Origin: an uncultured Nitrososphaeraceae archaeon
GTDB taxonomy: Archaea > Thermoproteota > Nitrososphaeria > Nitrososphaerales > Nitrososphaeraceae
Reading direction: 5' to 3'
Assembly (NCBI GenBank): GCA_963779615.1
Contig: CAVZZA010000005.1
Span: 32,001-96,000, forward strand
Length of the DNA stretch: 64,000 nucleotides
A model generated the notes under the pieces. The model worked only from the letters and a program-made list of their open reading frames with translations. It was not told the DNA's origin and made no database searches. This document shows positions 11,701-21,532 of the stretch, piece by piece. Both the position numbers and the translations under genes were made by a program. Every line of letters begins with the position of its first letter. Position 1 is the first letter of the stretch.

Positions 11701-12637
11701 CTACTTAATTGAAAATACTAATAAAGATAATTCTTCAGATACAGTATAAGGATCTTTAATTTTATTTAACATTGAATCAAGTAATTCATCAATTTCATGT
11801 TTTTTTAATTGAAAAACTTCCAATGTTTTTTGTTTAACTTTTTCCAAAACCATTTCTTTTAATTCGGAATCCAGAACTTGTTTTTGTTTTTGTTTTTGTT
11901 TTAAAATCCATTCTTCACTTTTAATTATAATATCGACTTTTGAACACAGCTCTTGCAAACCCTCTCCTGTTTTCGCAGAAGTTTTAACGATAAGGGGCCT
12001 CCGAGGCGTTTCACCAATTAGTTCCAGCAGAGAAAGGTATAGAGTATCAGAACCTTTTATGTCAGATTTATTTACAACATAAATATCGCCTATTTCAGTC
12101 AACCCTGCTTTTACTGCCTGAACGTTATCACCAGTATTTGGATTAAAGATAACCATTGTTAAATTAACAACATTTGATATTTCAACCTCTAGCTGGCCCG
12201 CTCCTACACTTTCAACTAAAATAAGAGTATACCCAGCAGCATCTAAAATCCTAATTGCATTTCTTAGTGACTTTGAAATGCCACCCAGTGTTCCTCTAGA
12301 GCCAAAGCTACGCATGAAAACATCTTCATCATCCATAGTCGACTGCATCCTAACTCGATCTCCAAGGATAGCACCCCCAGTAATAGGGCTGGTGGGGTCT
12401 ACTGCCAGAATAGCAATTTTGTAACCTAGACTCTTAAAATGGGGGATTAAATTTCCAATCAGAGGTACTTTTACCTGCACCTCCAGGACCAGTAAACCCA
12501 ATAGTAACAGCATTTCCTGTTCTTTGATAGATTTGTTTTAAGAGTTCATGAGCTTGAGGATTTTCATCATCAATTATAGAAATAGAACGAGCTATTGCTC
12601 TTTTATCCCCGATCAATATGTTGTCTACAATATCCAT
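11701..12637 (-). CDS. meaB: MeaB/ArgK GTPase, chaperone of methylmalonyl-CoA mutase, apparent +1 frameshift at ~12464
   Basis: ORF pieces 12434-12637 (TGPGGAGKS) and 11701-12513 (AVDPTSPITGGAILGDRVRM, ESVGAGQ, NKSD) join as GKSTLIG by removing one base. Confidence 0.9.
11878..11902. repeat. (TTTTTG)n hexanucleotide tandem repeat encoding a KQKQKQKQ tract in meaB
   Basis: ttgtttttgtttttgtttttgtttt read directly. Confidence 0.7.
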
Positions 12638-12697
12638 TCATATTTATCAAAAATTTATAGAAATAAATTATTTTGCAATACAAATTAACATTCCATT

Positions 12698-13513
12698 TTA
12701 ATTCCTAAATAAATCTTGAGATTTCTCTCTGAAAAGAGATTTGATAGAAATATTATAAATAACACTATCATCATCATCATCATCATCTTCTAAATCAATC
12801 GATTGATATCCATATCCTCTAATAATTGCAACTGGAACTTCCAAGGTTTTTCCCATTACAAGTTCAGCGGAGGATGCTAATTCATCAACTATTGCTATTT
12901 CAGTCACCCTTAATACTTTGCCGAATGAGTCTTTCGATCCAACATAACTTTTTAATGGACAAATACCGGCTATCCCTATTGCAATATTTGTTTGACCTTT
13001 TCTAAAAGGGCGTCCAAACGTATCAGAAATTATTATTGAAACATTTTTTTTAAGTTTATGATAAATGTATTTCCTTATTTTTTTTGCAGATTCATCAGGA
13101 TTTTCCGGTAAGAGTAAGACTATATCTGTTTCGACTGAAACATTACTTTGATCTATCCCAGCATTTGCACATATAAAACCATATTTAGTTTCTACTATCA
13201 AATTTTTATTTGTTATCCTTATAATATCTAACGACTCGCGTAGAATCAGTTCTATCAAACGCGGGTCTTTTTCATGGATAGAAAATATTTCAAGTGCTTT
13301 TTTTGATGGAATAACATCTTTTAAATTTAAAATTCGATTTTCAGATTTAGAAATTATTTTCTGGGCTATCACAATAACATCATTTTCATAAATTTGTAAA
13401 TTGTTTAAATTCAAAGCCTCAAGAATTAATTCTGAAATATTATCGCCTTCTTCTATATTTTTATTTATTTTTACAGGTATAATTGTTATGGGGAAAAAGA
13501 AACAACACCTCAT
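12698..13513 (-). CDS. cofE: Coenzyme F420-0:L-glutamate ligase
   Basis: IAQKIISKSE, CANAGIDQSN, SDTFGRPFRKG, DELASSAELVMGK; exact start uncertain (alternative ATG at 13520 in another frame). Confidence 0.9.
   Translation of the reverse strand: MRCCFFFPITIIPVKINKNIEEGDNISELILEALNLNNLQIYENDVIVIAQKIISKSENRILNLKDVIPSKKALEIFSIHEKDPRLIELILRESLDIIRITNKNLIVETKYGFICANAGIDQSNVSVETDIVLLLPENPDESAKKIRKYIYHKLKKNVSIIISDTFGRPFRKGQTNIAIGIAGICPLKSYVGSKDSFGKVLRVTEIAIVDELASSAELVMGKTLEVPVAIIRGYGYQSIDLEDDDDDDDSVIYNISIKSLFREKSQDLFRN
12767..12787. repeat. (ATC)7 trinucleotide repeat encoding poly-Asp in cofE
   Basis: atcatcatcatcatcatcatc read directly. Confidence 0.8.
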
Positions 13514-13523
13514 TGGTCATAAT

Positions 13524-14168
13524 TTATATATTTATCTTATTTCCAAATTTTTCTATGAAAATTGGAATTAAATCTGCCAAGTTTTTTCGATCTATAACAA
13601 CATCTGCCTTTTTCCTGACTATGTCAACTGGGCAAAATCCAACAGTGAAAGAAGACAAATTAAAAAGTTTCAAATCGTTTGCACCATCCACTACAACTAT
13701 TACTTCTTCTTTAGTAAAACCACCATTCTGAATGTAGGATTTTACGGAAAGTGATTTATCTGATGTAACTGATATTTCAACATCATGGAGTTTATTATCT
13801 TTAAAAATAAGATTATTAGAGAATATCCTGTCCAGCTCTAAATCTTCCACCAACCTATCAGTAATGATTGTGAACCCTCCAGAGACAGCAACCATTTTCC
13901 ATCCGGATTTTTTTAAAAAAGAACAGAGCTGTTTTGCTCCGGGCATGATTTCCAAGCTTTGGGCAATTTCATATGCCCTATTATAGTCTATGCCTCTCAA
14001 AGCATGGACTCTTTGTTTTAAACCCTCTTCCCAATTAATTTCACCACTAATACCTTTAATAGTAATATCCCAAATCTCTTTTTCTTTTTCTGATCCCATT
14101 AACTTGGCCAATACTGGGAGATATTCTGCATTTAACAAAACCCCTTCTACGTCAAATATAACAAGCAT
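13524..14168 (-). CDS. serB: Phosphoserine phosphatase (HAD)
   Basis: FDVEGVL, VSGGF, DGANDL motifs. Confidence 0.8.
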   Translation of the reverse strand: MLVIFDVEGVLLNAEYLPVLAKLMGSEKEKEIWDITIKGISGEINWEEGLKQRVHALRGIDYNRAYEIAQSLEIMPGAKQLCSFLKKSGWKMVAVSGGFTIITDRLVEDLELDRIFSNNLIFKDNKLHDVEISVTSDKSLSVKSYIQNGGFTKEEVIVVVDGANDLKLFNLSSFTVGFCPVDIVRKKADVVIDRKNLADLIPIFIEKFGNKINI

Positions 14169-14375
14169 AGGACAAACTTCTCTCCTTTATTTTACATAAT
14201 ATTAAGCTATTGAAGAGAAAAAACAGCATTATGCTTCTTTATCACTTATAAATTACGATGAATAAATTTTATGTTATTCTTTGTAAAACCAAAGCGGCCG
14301 TTATTAATCAACAGGTAGAAACATTAGTAAAAACTAAGATAAACATTTATTTGCTAAAAGGGGTTTTATTATAGT

Positions 14376-14633
14376 ATGTCTTCTAATTCTAATGATAATG
14401 TCAAATCAGGTATGAAAACAATTGACGTTAGAGGACTATATTGTCCTGAACCAGTTTTTAGAACAAAAATAGAAATAGAAAGAATGACAAAAGGGGATAC
14501 TCTTCGAATAGTGTCCGATGATCCAGACTCCGAGGAAGACATATCAAGATGGGTTAATCGTAATGGACATGAATTGATTTCACTGAATAAAAATAATAAC
14601 GATCTAGAATTTACAATCAAAAAGGCAAAATGA
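14376..14633 (+). CDS. tusA: TusA/SirA-family sulfur carrier
   Basis: [12 protein letters not shown] motif, SDDP. Confidence 0.9.
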   Translation: MSSNSNDNVKSGMKTIDVRGLYCPEPVFRTKIEIERMTKGDTLRIVSDDPDSEEDISRWVNRNGHELISLNKNNNDLEFTIKKAK

Positions 14634-15653
14634 ATAAAATGACCTCAACAACGTTCGCAGAATCCAATAAAAATAAAATAATAGGCAGAATTGGCAACAC
14701 TCCATTAATAGAATTAAAGAGTTTTTCCACAGAAAAAATAAAGATATTTGCAAAGTTAGAATGGTTCAATCCTTTTGGCTCTGTTAAAGACAGAGCAGCG
14801 TAACTGGATGATCAAAGATGCAGAAGAGAAAAATATATTAAAAAAAGATAAGAGTATAATTATTGAACCAACTTCAGGCAATACTGGAATTGCCCTAACT
14901 GGAATTGCCTCTAATTTGGGTTACAAGGTGGAAATAGTTATTCCAGAAAAAGTGAGCAAAGAAACAAAAAATATACTAAGAAAATTAGGCGCCACACTGC
15001 ACGAAACATCAGACGATCTATGTCCAAGGGTAGGTGCAGGAACAGATCAAAGTATTGCGTTAGCATATGCAATCTCAAAACCTCGACCTGATACATACTA
15101 TATGCCTAATCAATATGAAAATGATGCAAATTTTCTTTCCCATTATCAAAGCACCGGTCCAGAAATATGGGAACAGACTCATGGCAAAGTGACTCATTTC
15201 TTTACGGGGTGCGGTACAGGCGGTACAATTACTGGTATCGGTACATATTTGAAAGAAAAAAACGAAAATGTCCGGGTTATTGCCATTCAAGCTCAGAAAA
15301 ATCACTTGCTACAAGGCTTGAGAAATTTCGAGGAGTCATCAAAACCAGATCTTTTTATACGCAGAGAAAAAATAGTGGATGAGTGGTATACTGCAACCAA
15401 TGAAAAATCATTTCAAATGGTAAAATCACTTGCAGAGAAAGAGAGTATTTTGGCAGGTCCATCTTCAGGGTCAGTCATGTCATCAATGATGGATTATGTG
15501 AAAAACCACGATGAAGGCATATTTGTAGGGATTTTTGCTGATGATGGCAGGAAATTTGAAAGTCTGTATCATCAACAAAATGTATTTACAGAAGAAGAAT
15601 ATAACAAATATTTAAGAAATTGTAAACTGTTGCCTTTGTTGGCATATCAATAA
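14630..15653 (+). CDS. PLP-dependent cysteine synthase family protein, apparent +1 frameshift at ~14802
   Basis: Upstream frame from ATG 14630 reads IGNTPL...[17 protein letters not shown]. Removing one A from GTAAC gives DRAAYWMI in frame with [20 protein letters not shown]. Confidence 0.88.
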
Positions 15654-15694
15654 CTTTTACTTTATGTAATTAATTGTAAATGTATACTACAAAG

Positions 15695-16681
15695 TCATTG
15701 TTTTCTCTCAGCTAGCCATTTTTCAATATCTAACGCAGCCATGCAACCAAATCCCGCTGCAGTAATAGCTTGTCTATATCTATAATCATGAACATCACCG
15801 GAAGCAAAAACTCCATCGATATTTGTCTTTGTATAATTTTTAACAATAACATAACCTTTATCATCCATATCCACTTGGTCTCTAAATATAGATGTGTTTG
15901 GCTCATGGCCAATTGCAACAAATAATCCCCCAATACTTAATTTTTTTTCTTCATCATTAGTCATATTTTTAATAATAATTGATGATATTTTACCATCACC
16001 CTTTATATCCACTACCTTCGAATTCCAAATAAATTCTATTTTTGGGTTTTCAAATGCTCTTTCCTGTAATATTTTACTGGCTCTCAGGTGTTCTCTTCTA
16101 TGTATTATTTTAACAGACTTACCAAATTTGGTTAAGAAATTCGCTTCTTCTAAAGCAGTATCCCCACCACCAACAACTACAATATGTTGATCTTTGAAAA
16201 AAGGGCCATCACAGGTAGCACAATAAGAAACACCCCTTCCCGAAAAAGCTTGTTCAGATTCTATACCAAGTTTTCTGGGGGTAGCACCTGTGCTTATTAA
16301 TACACTTTCTGCGGTGTACAAAGATGATTCGGTAAATATTTTAAAAGGCTTGTTCTTAAAGTCAACCTTTTTGACCTCATCTGTTACCATAGCTGTTCCA
16401 AAACGTTCTGATTGCTGCTTCATGTTTATCATTAACTCGGGGCCAAATATTCCGTTTGGAAATCCAGGATAATTTTCAACCTCGCTTGTAGTCATCAATT
16501 GACCACCAGGCAAGCTACCTGTAATAATTAATGTTTTTAGTTTGGCTCTAGAGGTATAGATAGAAGCTGTGTAACCTGCCGGTCCTGAACCAACTATAAT
16601 AACATCAAAATGTTCATTTGAATTACTTTCAGATGAGAAATCACTATTTTTATCTGCTGATCCATCAGCCATATACAACAT
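15695..16681 (-). CDS. trxB: Thioredoxin reductase
   Basis: GSGPAG, VENYPGF, CATCDG, GGGDTA, YRQAITAAG. Confidence 0.95.
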   Translation of the reverse strand: MLYMADGSADKNSDFSSESNSNEHFDVIIVGSGPAGYTASIYTSRAKLKTLIITGSLPGGQLMTTSEVENYPGFPNGIFGPELMINMKQQSERFGTAMVTDEVKKVDFKNKPFKIFTESSLYTAESVLISTGATPRKLGIESEQAFSGRGVSYCATCDGPFFKDQHIVVVGGGDTALEEANFLTKFGKSVKIIHRREHLRASKILQERAFENPKIEFIWNSKVVDIKGDGKISSIIIKNMTNDEEKKLSIGGLFVAIGHEPNTSIFRDQVDMDDKGYVIVKNYTKTNIDGVFASGDVHDYRYRQAITAAGFGCMAALDIEKWLAERKQ

Positions 16682-16836
16682 TATTTAATTTCTTGTTTTG
16701 TTTTCATTTATTAATGTGTTATGAGTTGTTTTTTTTAAAAATAAGGAAAATAAATATATATGAATATATATCTTCATTTTAATTTTAAAACAAATTTTAT
16801 TATATTCAATGCTTCTAAAAATTAGAAGATATTGTA

Positions 16837-17844
16837 ATGAGGTTAATTATTTGCGGAATGGGAGTAGTTGGTCAAAGCTTCATTAAATTATTAATTGACA
16901 GTTCTGATCCTTTATATAAAAAATATGGCATTAAACCTAGGATTGTTGCATGTGCAGATAGCCATGGTATAGCTTATTCTCAAACAGGCTTGGATCTCGA
17001 AAAATTATTATTTGTTAAAGAAAAGTTTGGAACTGTTGGAAAATATTCTAATGAAAAACCAAATGTTGAGAACTATATTGAGAATACCGACGCAGAAATA
17101 TTTTTAGAACTAACTCCCACAAATTTAGTTTCTGGAGAACCGGGTCTATCCAATATTATCTCAGCGTTAAGAACTCAAAAAAACGTAATAACTGTAAATA
17201 AAGGGCCACTAGCACTATCATTTCCTTCTTTAATTGAATTAGCCAACTATAACAACGTAATGTTAAGGTTTAGTGGAACAGTTGGTGGAGGAACGCCTGT
17301 ATTAGAATTTGCAAAACATTGCCTAAAGGGGGACAAAATCACGTCATTTATGGGGATATTAAATGGCACTACCAATTATATTTTAACCAAAATGTCAGAG
17401 GGTATGACTTTTGAGGAGTCTTTGAATGATGCAAAAATTAAGGGTTATGCAGAAGCCGAAGTTTCTTTAGATATAAATGGCGACGATGCAGCAGCTAAAT
17501 TGGTTATAATGGCAAATTGGATAATGGGACATAAGGTGACGATGAAAGACATAGATAAAGAGGGAATTACAGATGTCAAACTCGAAGATATTAATAGCGC
17601 AGCAAAAAATAGAGAAAATGTAAAACTAATTGCCAAGTGTGACGATAAAAATTTATATGTTAAACCTATAGCGATATCAAAAGATGATCCAATTTGTGTA
17701 AATGGCACATTGAATGCAGTTACTTTTAAATCGGAGCATTCAGGGGAACAGACAATTATTGGAAGAGGGGCAGGGGGCATGGAGACAGCAAGTTCTATAT
17801 TAAGGGATCTCATTGAAATCAAGGAAAACTTTCCAGTCTCCTAA
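16837..17844 (+). CDS. hom: Homoserine dehydrogenase
   Basis: GMGVVG, NKGP, GTVGGGTP, GILNGTTNYIL, GRGAGGMETAS. Confidence 0.93.
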   Translation: MRLIICGMGVVGQSFIKLLIDSSDPLYKKYGIKPRIVACADSHGIAYSQTGLDLEKLLFVKEKFGTVGKYSNEKPNVENYIENTDAEIFLELTPTNLVSGEPGLSNIISALRTQKNVITVNKGPLALSFPSLIELANYNNVMLRFSGTVGGGTPVLEFAKHCLKGDKITSFMGILNGTTNYILTKMSEGMTFEESLNDAKIKGYAEAEVSLDINGDDAAAKLVIMANWIMGHKVTMKDIDKEGITDVKLEDINSAAKNRENVKLIAKCDDKNLYVKPIAISKDDPICVNGTLNAVTFKSEHSGEQTIIGRGAGGMETASSILRDLIEIKENFPVS

Positions 17845-18114
17845 CTAATAAAACCATTAATACGATTGTAATAATATTTTATTCTTTTAAAAATATCAAA
17901 GATACAAAATTTCTAAAAAAGAATTATTAAGAACTTAAGATCAGTAAAAACGCATAGATGTATAAGAGGTTGGTTGAAATTCAAGGAAAAAGAACTTTAA
18001 GTCCGATATTTCAGATTGAAAAAGATGAAGTATTTTATCATGTAAGAGAAATCCCACGCCAAACAAAATATATCTGCAAGCCCGTTAATGAAAAATATGG
18101 AAATGCTTTAAAAA

Positions 18115-18552
18115 ATGTATAAAGTGGAAAGTTTTTTGAAGTGCAAAGAAGAATTGTTAAGAACGGCCTTTTATCTTATTGGTCAAACTGCAGGTCTCAT
18201 AGGTGGCGTTTCTTTTGGATTATCAAACATCGATTCAAAAACAAATGAGCAATATGAAATGGACATAGGTAAACCAGTTAATTGTATTATAAAAAGCATA
18301 TTTAAAAACAATAGAATGTCAAGATTATTGACAAAAAAAATAGAAAATTTTCCAGGATTATATATCGAGCTAAAAAAAATAGAATGCATTGTAAATGTCA
18401 GGTATCTAGAGAGAACAATTAAATCATCACTCCTCACAACTCTAACCAAACAATTGCTTTTTTTAAAGGATGCAATAGGAGGAAAAAAAGAAAATGTATG
18501 CAAATGTCGACAAGTCTACAGCCCTTTTGTAATTTTAGCATCAAGTATTTGA
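18115..18552 (+). CDS. Hypothetical protein (may start at 17958 with a frameshift)
   Basis: Stop overlaps the probable endA TTG start (TTGA at 18549-18552); a 54-aa ORF 17958-18122 overlaps its 5' end. Confidence 0.45.
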   Translation: MYKVESFLKCKEELLRTAFYLIGQTAGLIGGVSFGLSNIDSKTNEQYEMDIGKPVNCIIKSIFKNNRMSRLLTKKIENFPGLYIELKKIECIVNVRYLERTIKSSLLTTLTKQLLFLKDAIGGKKENVCKCRQVYSPFVILASSI

Positions 18553-19103
18553 CGACTAAATATTCTGGTCAATTAATAGAGAATCGTATTTTCATTCATG
18601 ATATTTTAGAATCAAGGGATTTATTTAGTGGAGGTTATTATGGCAAACCCTTAGGTGTATCAAAACCAAAAAACTTTGACTTTGATTCACAATTGGTTCT
18701 TGACCTAATTGAAGGATATTTTCTATTCCTTAAAAATAAATTAGTCATATACAAACATGATGGAAAACTGATTTCTTTAAAGGAAATAACAAATATTTGC
18801 AAAAGACAGTATACGGATTTTGAAGTAAAGTATATGGTTTTTGAAAATCTAAGAAATAAAGGGTATGTTGTCTCTCCAGGAATTAAATTCGGATGTGATT
18901 TTGCTGTGTATATTCATGGCCCAGGCATAGATCATGCACCCTATTTGGTAAAGGTATTGAAGCCATCTGAAAATATCTCTGGTGTAGATATAGTTTTGGC
19001 AGGAAGGCTTGCCACCACAGTAAAAAAACAGTTTATTTTAGCAATTGTATACACAGAGGAAAAAAGTATAAAATTTGTAGGGTTTGACTGGTGGAAAGCA
19101 TAA
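18549..19103 (+). CDS. endA: tRNA-intron (splicing) endonuclease
   Basis: YYGKPLG, LRNKGY, GIKFGCDFAVY, PGIDHAPYL, GRLATTVKK with catalytic Y/H/K; start chosen at TTG 18549. Confidence 0.92.
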   Translation: MTTKYSGQLIENRIFIHDILESRDLFSGGYYGKPLGVSKPKNFDFDSQLVLDLIEGYFLFLKNKLVIYKHDGKLISLKEITNICKRQYTDFEVKYMVFENLRNKGYVVSPGIKFGCDFAVYIHGPGIDHAPYLVKVLKPSENISGVDIVLAGRLATTVKKQFILAIVYTEEKSIKFVGFDWWKA

Positions 19104-19527
19104 TAATATTTATACAGAATCCCATCTCAACAAAGAAATATAAATCTGTTAATCATTGTTCTACAAAATTAAGAGTTGGATTGAATAGTTCTAGACTCTC
19201 ATATTTACATTTCATAGTTGTCGGAATTATTTACAAACATATTGACAAATTTTTTCAGTCACTGCCATAGATATACCATAAATAAGAATATGTGTGATAA
19301 CTTTTCCAGGGAAGGTTAGTTAGTTTTTATTTTTTTAATTTATATATGCCATGTTTAAATGGTTGTATCACAACATTTAGAATTATGTGAGATGATTAAA
19401 ATTATAAAAATGTCTTAAATAACAGTTTTTGTTCAGGCATCCATCTCACAGTTAAAACATCTTTATAAATTACTTTAAATGACGTATACATACTAATTGT
19501 ACGAATTATAAAGTTTATGAATTATAT

Positions 19528-21018
19528 TTATAAGTATTCAAAATCATCTTTATCATACCAATAGTTAAATCGTTGATGTAACCAAGGAAAAAAATTATTA
19601 TTCTCATTTTCAAAATCCTTTTTAAGTATTTTTACTATTTTTTTTGACACCTCTCCAGGTTTTCCATAAATTGGCTTTTTTTTACTAAAATCAAATCCAT
19701 AATTCTCTCTTTTTTCATACATCATTGATATGATGTGAGGCAACCAACTCCTGTTTATAGGTGGAATTAACAAATTTCCCCGGGCATCAAAAATTGTTTC
19801 AGGTCTGTCAGTATTCAATCTCATTGTAAAAGAACAAACCTTCGGAAAATACAACAATTCTTCTTGCATAGAGCCTGAATCAGTTATCTCTGCCCAACAT
19901 TTACCGCTATCTAAAAATTCGACTACATTACCATATTCTTTCCACAAATTTGAAATAATAAATTTGTCACTGTATTGTTCTTCAAGTCTTTGAAGTTTTG
20001 AATAAAGATTAAACTTATTTAAAGCAGAAACTGTTGCGTTTAATAATATCAAAATTACCTTAAATTCTGTCTTGGTTAACAAGTCAATTAACCCACCTAT
20101 GATCGCATTGAATCTATTATAAGTCAAATTTTCCCTTCTATGAATATCCATTCTAATCCAATTTCCAGAATCTAATTTTGGATAGATCTCAAATATACTT
20201 TTTTTTGGTTTATTGTTTCGTTTTAGATTTATTGCATCTACAACAGAATTTCCCACGACATGGATATCTTCCTTAGGATAACCTTCTCTAATCAAATTCT
20301 CTTTATTTAATTTTGTAGGAGCAAAAAAGAATTTTGTGCCTGCTGAGCAGACCCATGTATCGATTTGCTCAGGAAATGGTTCCTCTCGTGTAATGAACCA
20401 GTTGTTTGATAACTGATCTATTATAAAATCTTCTAAAAATTTTTTATTTGGAATCTGATTTGTTTTTATTTTCGTTATAATTTTCGGGCTCATGGAACGA
20501 AGGCCAGCCTCATTCTGCCCCACTTTTTGACCCAATCCAAAAACCCATGATAACGTTGCCATTCCAGCCACTAAGGTATCACCATGCACTATTGGTAAAA
20601 TATGATGATTTGGGCAGTATTCCTTTAAATATCTTCCAAAGTATCCAAACTTCAAGATCAAATCTCCAGATTTTTCCATTAAATCTCCCCGTATATTCAA
20701 ATCACATGCAACAGAATCATTTAGATCGAATTCTTTTATACCATAACCTAGTAAATCATCATAGTGCTGACCAGTTGAAATTATAAATGCGGGTAAATTC
20801 TCTTTTTTAGCTTCCAATAACAACGGGGCCTGTTTATAAAAATCTGGTTTAGTACCAATAACTATTGCTAAAACTTTTTTTATATCCTTATTATTTGAAA
20901 ATAAATCAGAAAGAAAATTTCGATTTATTGTGATTGGTAAAAAGTTTTTTTTTATATTAATATTTATTACATTACCTGTATCTTTTTTATTTTGATAATT
21001 AGTTACTTTATTATTCAA
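19528..21018 (-). CDS. UDP-N-acetylglucosamine 2-epimerase-like protein
   Basis: GTKPD, TGQHYD, VHGDT, EAGLRS, PFPEQ, VGNSVVDA, HRREN, TDSGSMQEE. Confidence 0.8.
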   Translation of the reverse strand: MNNKVTNYQNKKDTGNVININIKKNFLPITINRNFLSDLFSNNKDIKKVLAIVIGTKPDFYKQAPLLLEAKKENLPAFIISTGQHYDDLLGYGIKEFDLNDSVACDLNIRGDLMEKSGDLILKFGYFGRYLKEYCPNHHILPIVHGDTLVAGMATLSWVFGLGQKVGQNEAGLRSMSPKIITKIKTNQIPNKKFLEDFIIDQLSNNWFITREEPFPEQIDTWVCSAGTKFFFAPTKLNKENLIREGYPKEDIHVVGNSVVDAINLKRNNKPKKSIFEIYPKLDSGNWIRMDIHRRENLTYNRFNAIIGGLIDLLTKTEFKVILILLNATVSALNKFNLYSKLQRLEEQYSDKFIISNLWKEYGNVVEFLDSGKCWAEITDSGSMQEELLYFPKVCSFTMRLNTDRPETIFDARGNLLIPPINRSWLPHIISMMYEKRENYGFDFSKKKPIYGKPGEVSKKIVKILKKDFENENNNFFPWLHQRFNYWYDKDDFEYL

Positions 21019-21044
21019 TAGAGAAAACCTTCACATTGATGGGA

Positions 21045-21491
21045 TTAATTATAGTCAAAATTCCGGTTGTTTTGTTTCTTTTTATTCTGTCTATAGGTAT
21101 TTACACCAACCAGGAACAATAAGACTCCAAACCCAATAAAAATTAAAGGGATATTAGAAATCCATAAAGGTAATTCAATACTTTGTACTTTGGGTACTAA
21201 AAAAGAAACATAAATCATACCAATTATAAGAACAATTCCAGAGGACATAATTAACAAAGATGACAATTTTGAAGTATCTTTTGATACAGCATTTGTAAAA
21301 AAAGATAGCGCTATGGCAGGAGCTATAGTTATGAAAACAATTTGAATAAAGGAACTCGAAGGCTCTACCACCCTTTGAGGACCTTTAGAATCAGGTCCGA
21401 TTAAAAAAGAATAAAAAGAAACCGTCAGGAAGATAAATAAAACAACTAAACCTACAATTGAAAAAGATAACCATTCACCTGTCTTTAACAT
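21045..21491 (-). CDS. Hypothetical membrane protein (about 4 TM helices)
   Basis: Four hydrophobic segments, basic C-terminal tail. Confidence 0.7.
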   Translation of the reverse strand: MLKTGEWLSFSIVGLVVLFIFLTVSFYSFLIGPDSKGPQRVVEPSSSFIQIVFITIAPAIALSFFTNAVSKDTSKLSSLLIMSSGIVLIIGMIYVSFLVPKVQSIELPLWISNIPLIFIGFGVLLFLVGVNTYRQNKKKQNNRNFDYN

Positions 21492-21532
21492 TTCTTTATT
21501 TTTAGTAAAAAAGGTTGATTATTTTAATTTTG

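Noticed and set aside
13490-13520. Possible extra frameshift at the cofE 5' end
   Set aside because: Lies in a homopolymer run and an in-frame ATG exists at 13513; it cannot be resolved, so it was not counted among the six clear cases
10107-15653. Mutase, meaB and cysteine synthase as true pseudogenes or programmed frameshifts
   Set aside because: Each has a single +1 base with otherwise intact sequence and no slippery heptamer; the GTAC association points to consensus errors
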